A stretch of 64,000 bases of DNA, taken from Naegleria gruberi (lineage: Eukaryota). Positions within the stretch are counted from its first letter, which is position 1, and every line of letters starts with the position of its first letter. The position numbers were made by a program, and so were the translations under genes. This document shows, one piece after another, positions 59,862-64,000 of the stretch. The stretch is from the NCBI GenBank assembly GCA_000004985.1, contig GG738881.1; one strand, written 5' to 3'. The notes below the pieces were generated by a model. That model saw only the letters and a program-made list of their open reading frames with translations. It was not told the DNA's origin and searched no databases.

Positions 59862-60507
59862 ATGTCTCGACCAATTGTGTTTATGGAATTCAATGTCGCC
59901 AACAAGAAAGTTGGACGTGTAGAAATTGAATTGTTCTCCGATATTGTGCCAAAAACTGCTGAAAATTTCCGAGCATTGTGTACAGGTAGGTTGTGAGGAT
60001 GATTGCTCAGAACTTTACTCATGCTTGTATAACAATTTTGATACACTTTCCGATATTGCATTACATTGTGTGGATTCTCTTCTAATATTATTTGATAATT
60101 TTAAAGGCGAAAAGGGACAAAAAGGAGGAAAGGCATTGCATTATAAAAATTGTAAAGTGCACAGAATTGAACCAGGATTTTGCATTCAATCAGGAGATAT
60201 TTTGAAAGGAAATGGAACTGGAGGAAAATCAATCTATGATTCTGGTAAATTGGAAGATGAAAACTTCACTGTAAAACATAGTGGACCAGGAATTGTTTCA
60301 ATGGCTAATAGTGGACCAAATACAGCTTCAAGTCAATTCTTTTTCACAATGTCAGATGAAGCTTTACCTCAATTGGATGGAAAGCATGTTGCTTTTGGTA
60401 AAGTTATTTCAGGATATGATGTTTTGAAGAGTTTGGAACAATACGGAAACAGATTAGGAAATGTGGACAAGAAAGTTGTCATTTGTGATTGTGGTCAAGT
60501 TCAATAA
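59862..60507 (+). CDS. Cyclophilin-type peptidyl-prolyl cis-trans isomerase, two exons.
   Basis: The proposed structure is join(59862..59985,60107..60507). The intron is gtaggt..ttttaaag. The spliced product [12 protein letters not shown]...[14 protein letters not shown]...[26 protein letters not shown]...[17 protein letters not shown]...[10 protein letters not shown] is collinear with cyclophilin A. Confidence 0.85.
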
Positions 60508-60551
60508 AATCTCCATTTCAGAAATTCCATTCAATTAATTGTAGTAATTTC

Positions 60552-61352
60552 TTAATCCTTTGGTGGAGAACCACTGGAACTTGATGAATCAGCAATATAT
60601 TGCAGCAAATTCTCTGAAGATGATACAGAAAGTGAATCCTCTTCCTCTCCCGAACTACTACTACTTGTCATTAAATTTATCATATCCAAGTCTTCATCCG
60701 AATCATCAAAATTTGGTTTGGCTGCTTTTGGTGGACTTTTTTTTGTTGGACCCTTTCTTCTTGTTCTCTTCTTTGGTTTTTCATCACTTTCATATTCAGG
60801 CTCCTCTGGTTCTTGTTCGGATGACTCGTCGGAAAAGTCCTCTTCCTCTTCTTGCTCATCTTCATAATCCTCATCATCTTCACTATCATGAAATCCTCTC
60901 TTTTTCCTCTTTTTTGGAGCACTTGAAGAATTGGAACCATTCTTCTTAGAGGTTTGTTTTTTAGGTTTTTGATCCAACGAAGTGGTTTCATAGGAATTGT
61001 CTTCCTCTTCATCTGAGAATTTATATTCCTCCTCTTCTTCCTCTCCAAATAGTGCATCTTCCGAATAGTCAACTATAGCTCTACTTCTTCCACCACTTGA
61101 TGCTGCAGCTGCAGCTCTTCTACTTCCTCTCATATTTAAACATCGTTCCAGATGAGGAGCATAGCCTGAATGGCCAATTTCTCTCTTACAATTTGCACAA
61201 ACAACGTGAGTCCGAGTAATAGGTAGATGGTTTGTATCAATTTCTGGAAAGACGGAAACTTGTTCCTGCAGTGAAAATTGTTTTTTAGCTACAGAAGGTT
61301 TTTCTGTTGTTCTGTTGTTGGAGAAGTACTCGTTTCCTTCTCTCCTCTCCAA
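60552..61352 (-). CDS. Sgf11/ATXN7L3-type zinc-finger protein with a long acidic/basic tail. A probable 5' exon lies in the upstream ORF (61285..61608), and the junction is unresolved.
   Basis: The zinc finger VVCANCKREIGHSGYAPHLERCL matches the Sgf11 C-x2-C-x11-H-x3-C finger (CxNCGR...APHLEKC). The upstream ORF encodes a helix (IQEHILDLLVKEILVEQ) like the Sgf11 N-terminal helix. The two ORFs are in different frames with no clean GT..AG junction found. Confidence 0.45.
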   Translation of the reverse strand: MERREGNEYFSNNRTTEKPSVAKKQFSLQEQVSVFPEIDTNHLPITRTHVVCANCKREIGHSGYAPHLERCLNMRGSRRAAAAASSGGRSRAIVDYSEDALFGEEEEEEYKFSDEEEDNSYETTSLDQKPKKQTSKKNGSNSSSAPKKRKKRGFHDSEDDEDYEDEQEEEEDFSDESSEQEPEEPEYESDEKPKKRTRRKGPTKKSPPKAAKPNFDDSDEDLDMINLMTSSSSSGEEEDSLSVSSSENLLQYIADSSSSSGSPPKD

Positions 61353-62587
61353 CCATTTTAATACATTGTTCCACCAGTATTTCTTTCACCAGTAAATCCA
61401 AAATATGTTCTTGTATTCTTGTTGTATGATTAAATGTTTTCTTGATGTTGTTTTTTGTTACTTGTTCCGAAGAGGAATTTTCCATAACATTCTGTTCATC
61501 AACATCTTCATGATCAATTACTATTACATCATCATCGTCTACTACATTTACTACATTTGAATAATTTTGTTGTTCTTCTTTCGCGAAACTTCTGAGTTTT
61601 TGTTGCATTTTTTGATGTAAAATTTTACAACAACCATATTGAATTTAATTTCCTCAAAGACCAAGAAGTGCAATCATAAAACAGGTAACACTTTTAATTC
61701 TTCTTGCCTTAATTACTAGGTAAAAGACTGTGCATCACTCTATCCTCATTCCTCAACGAAATACTGTAACGCTCTTAATCACATACATCCTCATTTCGTT
61801 TAGAAATTAAGCAACATTTGAGTGAAAAAGACTGGTTTGAAAAGTCGTGCCAATGATTCAAATTTGGAATTGCAATATACAGTTAGATATCCAAATCCAA
61901 AGTGGCTATTGTTATGTTTGAATTAGCAGGTGTCTGCCTCAACATTTTGAAGTGCACACTTCAAAGATTCTAATACTGTACACAAAAAGTTTCCCTTAGT
62001 AGATCTTGTTACCTTTCTTTTTTTGCAAAAACCTTTCTTCTTTAGTTGTCTTCCTTTTTGTAAAATGGTAAAAAATTAGATCCAACCAATCAAACGAATG
62101 GTTTAGAAATTACAATCAAATGAGCTCGCATAAAAAACTTGATTCTGACTTGGTGATGGAACAATGTACGATTTACAAGTTAAGGCTGCATGTTACCATC
62201 TTGATGATGAGGTGCTGACATTCTTACCAGATCCATTTTGTGAGGGTATTCGTTAGGGGGAATGACCCAATCATACTTCATCTTGTTCTGAATTGTTCAT
62301 GATCTTCCCTGCTTTTTTCCGTATGGTCCACAACCAAGTTGAATATCTTTTAATTGACAGCTGTCTACTATTACGAAAGCATTCCATCTTGTTGAATGGA
62401 TGCAAATATTAATCTTTCCAATTTATATTAAAAAATCAGAAGAGTTTGTCAAAGGGCCAACCTGCTCAACTTGCAACCATTCAGTAACTCATTGTATTAA
62501 ATTTGAACAATTTCTAGTATTGTAGGGCTCATTTCTTTCAATACAGTTGAAAAATCCCCTACTGCTTTAGATTTGCTATTAAACGAC

Positions 62588-63508
62588 ATGTTCATGATGC
62601 AACCTATGCCTGCTCATGCCACTGCGAGTGTGAGTACAATGAATGCTACACCAACCATTCTGGTCTCTTCACCTTTGGCTATTAAGAATATGAAGAGAGA
62701 CAGGTCCACTTCACATATGCAAACTTGCTGTATGAAACAACCACATGCTACTCTTCTCCAACCATCTACCTCTACCCCTGTGAAAACCTTCACTCACATC
62801 ACTCACCAAACTTGCAATCATTCTGATGGCAATATGATTGCACCAGAAATCTCAATCTCTTCATGCTCTAGTATCAATGATCATACATCCACAAGTACAT
62901 TGAGTATTTCTTCAGCTTCCTTATCTGGCAGTGAGTCAAGATCTGTAAATAACAAATCACCAACCTCTCCATCCCTTCTCCAAAGAACAACATCCAAGGG
63001 AAAGAGCAGATCACCAACTAGTCAGAATGATAATGAATCAAGCTCATCAGAAGATTATCCTTCAAATGATGATCGAATTATACGTTCATTCAATTCTTGC
63101 AAAATGAAATCTAGCGACCTTAAAAACAAGTTTACCACCTCAAAGAAGGACCAAGTTATCAGATGTAACAGAACATCTGGAAATCAGAGGAGTTTCATTG
63201 GCTATCAGGATATTAAAGGGTATTTCTTCCTTCCAGAAAATGAAGCAGCCAAACGTCTTGGATGCTCCAAGAGTAAACTGAAACGTATTAAGACTCGATT
63301 AAATATTGAACGTTGGCCATACAGAAGAATTCAATCGTTACTGAACCAAAAACAGAATGCGCTCTCAAAGAATGAAAATGTTGAAGATATCGAAATGGCC
63401 ATTCAATTTGTGATTGATTATCCAAATCTCATTACTAAATATTCTAACGAGGATATTGCATTAACTGCCTCCCGTTTCGATCGCATCAGGATCAGTAACC
63501 TCCTGTAA
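62588..63508 (+). CDS. RWP-RK domain putative transcription factor with a Ser/Thr-rich N-terminal region.
   Basis: The C-terminal segment ENEAAKRLGCSKSKLKRIKTRLNIERWPYRRIQSLL matches the RWP-RK consensus (..GxxxTxLKxxCRxxGIxRWPxRKIxSL). The first ATG is at 62588, because the track start is a TTG. Confidence 0.5.
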   Translation: MFMMQPMPAHATASVSTMNATPTILVSSPLAIKNMKRDRSTSHMQTCCMKQPHATLLQPSTSTPVKTFTHITHQTCNHSDGNMIAPEISISSCSSINDHTSTSTLSISSASLSGSESRSVNNKSPTSPSLLQRTTSKGKSRSPTSQNDNESSSSEDYPSNDDRIIRSFNSCKMKSSDLKNKFTTSKKDQVIRCNRTSGNQRSFIGYQDIKGYFFLPENEAAKRLGCSKSKLKRIKTRLNIERWPYRRIQSLLNQKQNALSKNENVEDIEMAIQFVIDYPNLITKYSNEDIALTASRFDRIRISNLL

Positions 63509-63709
63509 CATTACAATATCATAGTTAAACAATTTTGAAAATAATTCCACCAATCAAACTCATGATAGCAACAACTGAGTCACTATCAACAATCTCCAAC
63601 AATAAATTTTAACAAAAAGCTAAATTGCTAAAATTCTTCAAATTGTTATAATACATTTACTCGTAATTTCATATAAATATTGCAAAAAACATTCCTAGAA
63701 TTAAAAAGT

Positions 63710-64000
63710 ATTATTGCTTTTGAGCTAGTTGCTGTTTTCTAAGCTCTCTCATCTCTTTGGCTCTTTTTGCTTGTTGATATTCATCGGCTGCAGCATTGTC
63801 AGATGTTGATACACTCACAAAACTGAATATAGAAGAAATGCTCTTTCTTCTATCGATGGCGTTATCATCCAAAGAACCCATTGATGATCGAACTAAAATT
63901 CTTCGTTTCTCTTCGCGAGTCCTATCAATTCTCTTTATAAGCTCTATAAATGCTGTATCAATTCCTTTCTTTTTAAAGGTTGCTGATGTTTCAATAAATG
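63710..64000 (-). CDS. 3' end of a gene that runs off the window. The product is hypothetical.
   Basis: The minus-strand frame is open from the window edge to a TAA at about 63710-63712. It encodes ...RRKSISSIFSFVSVSTSDNAAADEYQQAKRAKEMRELRKQQLAQKQ. Confidence 0.3.

Overview
This is an AT-rich (roughly two-thirds A+T) eukaryotic nuclear scaffold, not a prokaryote. Genes are densely packed on both strands, carry short canonical GT..AG spliceosomal introns (about 44-160 nt), and two intron-less tRNA genes are present. There are four runs of N (30199-30248, 36020-36168, 42409-43406, 45137-54455), which I read as assembly gaps. The gene content looks like a free-living amoeboid protist and resembles heteroloboseans such as Naegleria, but I cannot confirm the organism without a database search. 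Recognisable genes are: metallo-beta-lactamase-fold hydrolase, cathepsin C (DPP1), endonuclease V, a cytochrome P450, an omega-class GST, kinesin-8, a dual-HMG-box protein, a multi-TM PAS-domain class III nucleotidyl cyclase, alkyl-DHAP synthase, class III alcohol dehydrogenase (7 exons), a ThiF/E1-like enzyme, a Cys-rich EGF/furin-like repeat protein, Fe/Mn-SOD, cyclophilin, an Sgf11-type zinc-finger protein and an RWP-RK factor. tRNA-Gly(GCC) and tRNA-Val(AAC) flank the alcohol dehydrogenase gene. The items most worth a second look are: (1) a tandem cluster of three ENaC/degenerin/ASIC-like channel paralogs, a family mostly confined to animals; (2) 17-18 nt GT..AG micro-intron-like interruptions in two of those paralogs; (3) a paralog pair of N-myristoylated proteins with a PPPDE/LRAT-like permuted-papain catalytic motif; (4) an Fe/Mn-SOD with a signal peptide and C-terminal KDEL; (5) three copies of the palindromic E2F-type site TTTGGCGCCAAA, one about 170 bp upstream of kinesin-8. 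The ORF track uses alternative start codons (TTG/GTG/CTG shown as M) and translates N runs as X, so several track ORF starts and all X-rich ORFs are artefacts. All exon coordinates were derived by hand from the sequence and may be off by a base or two.
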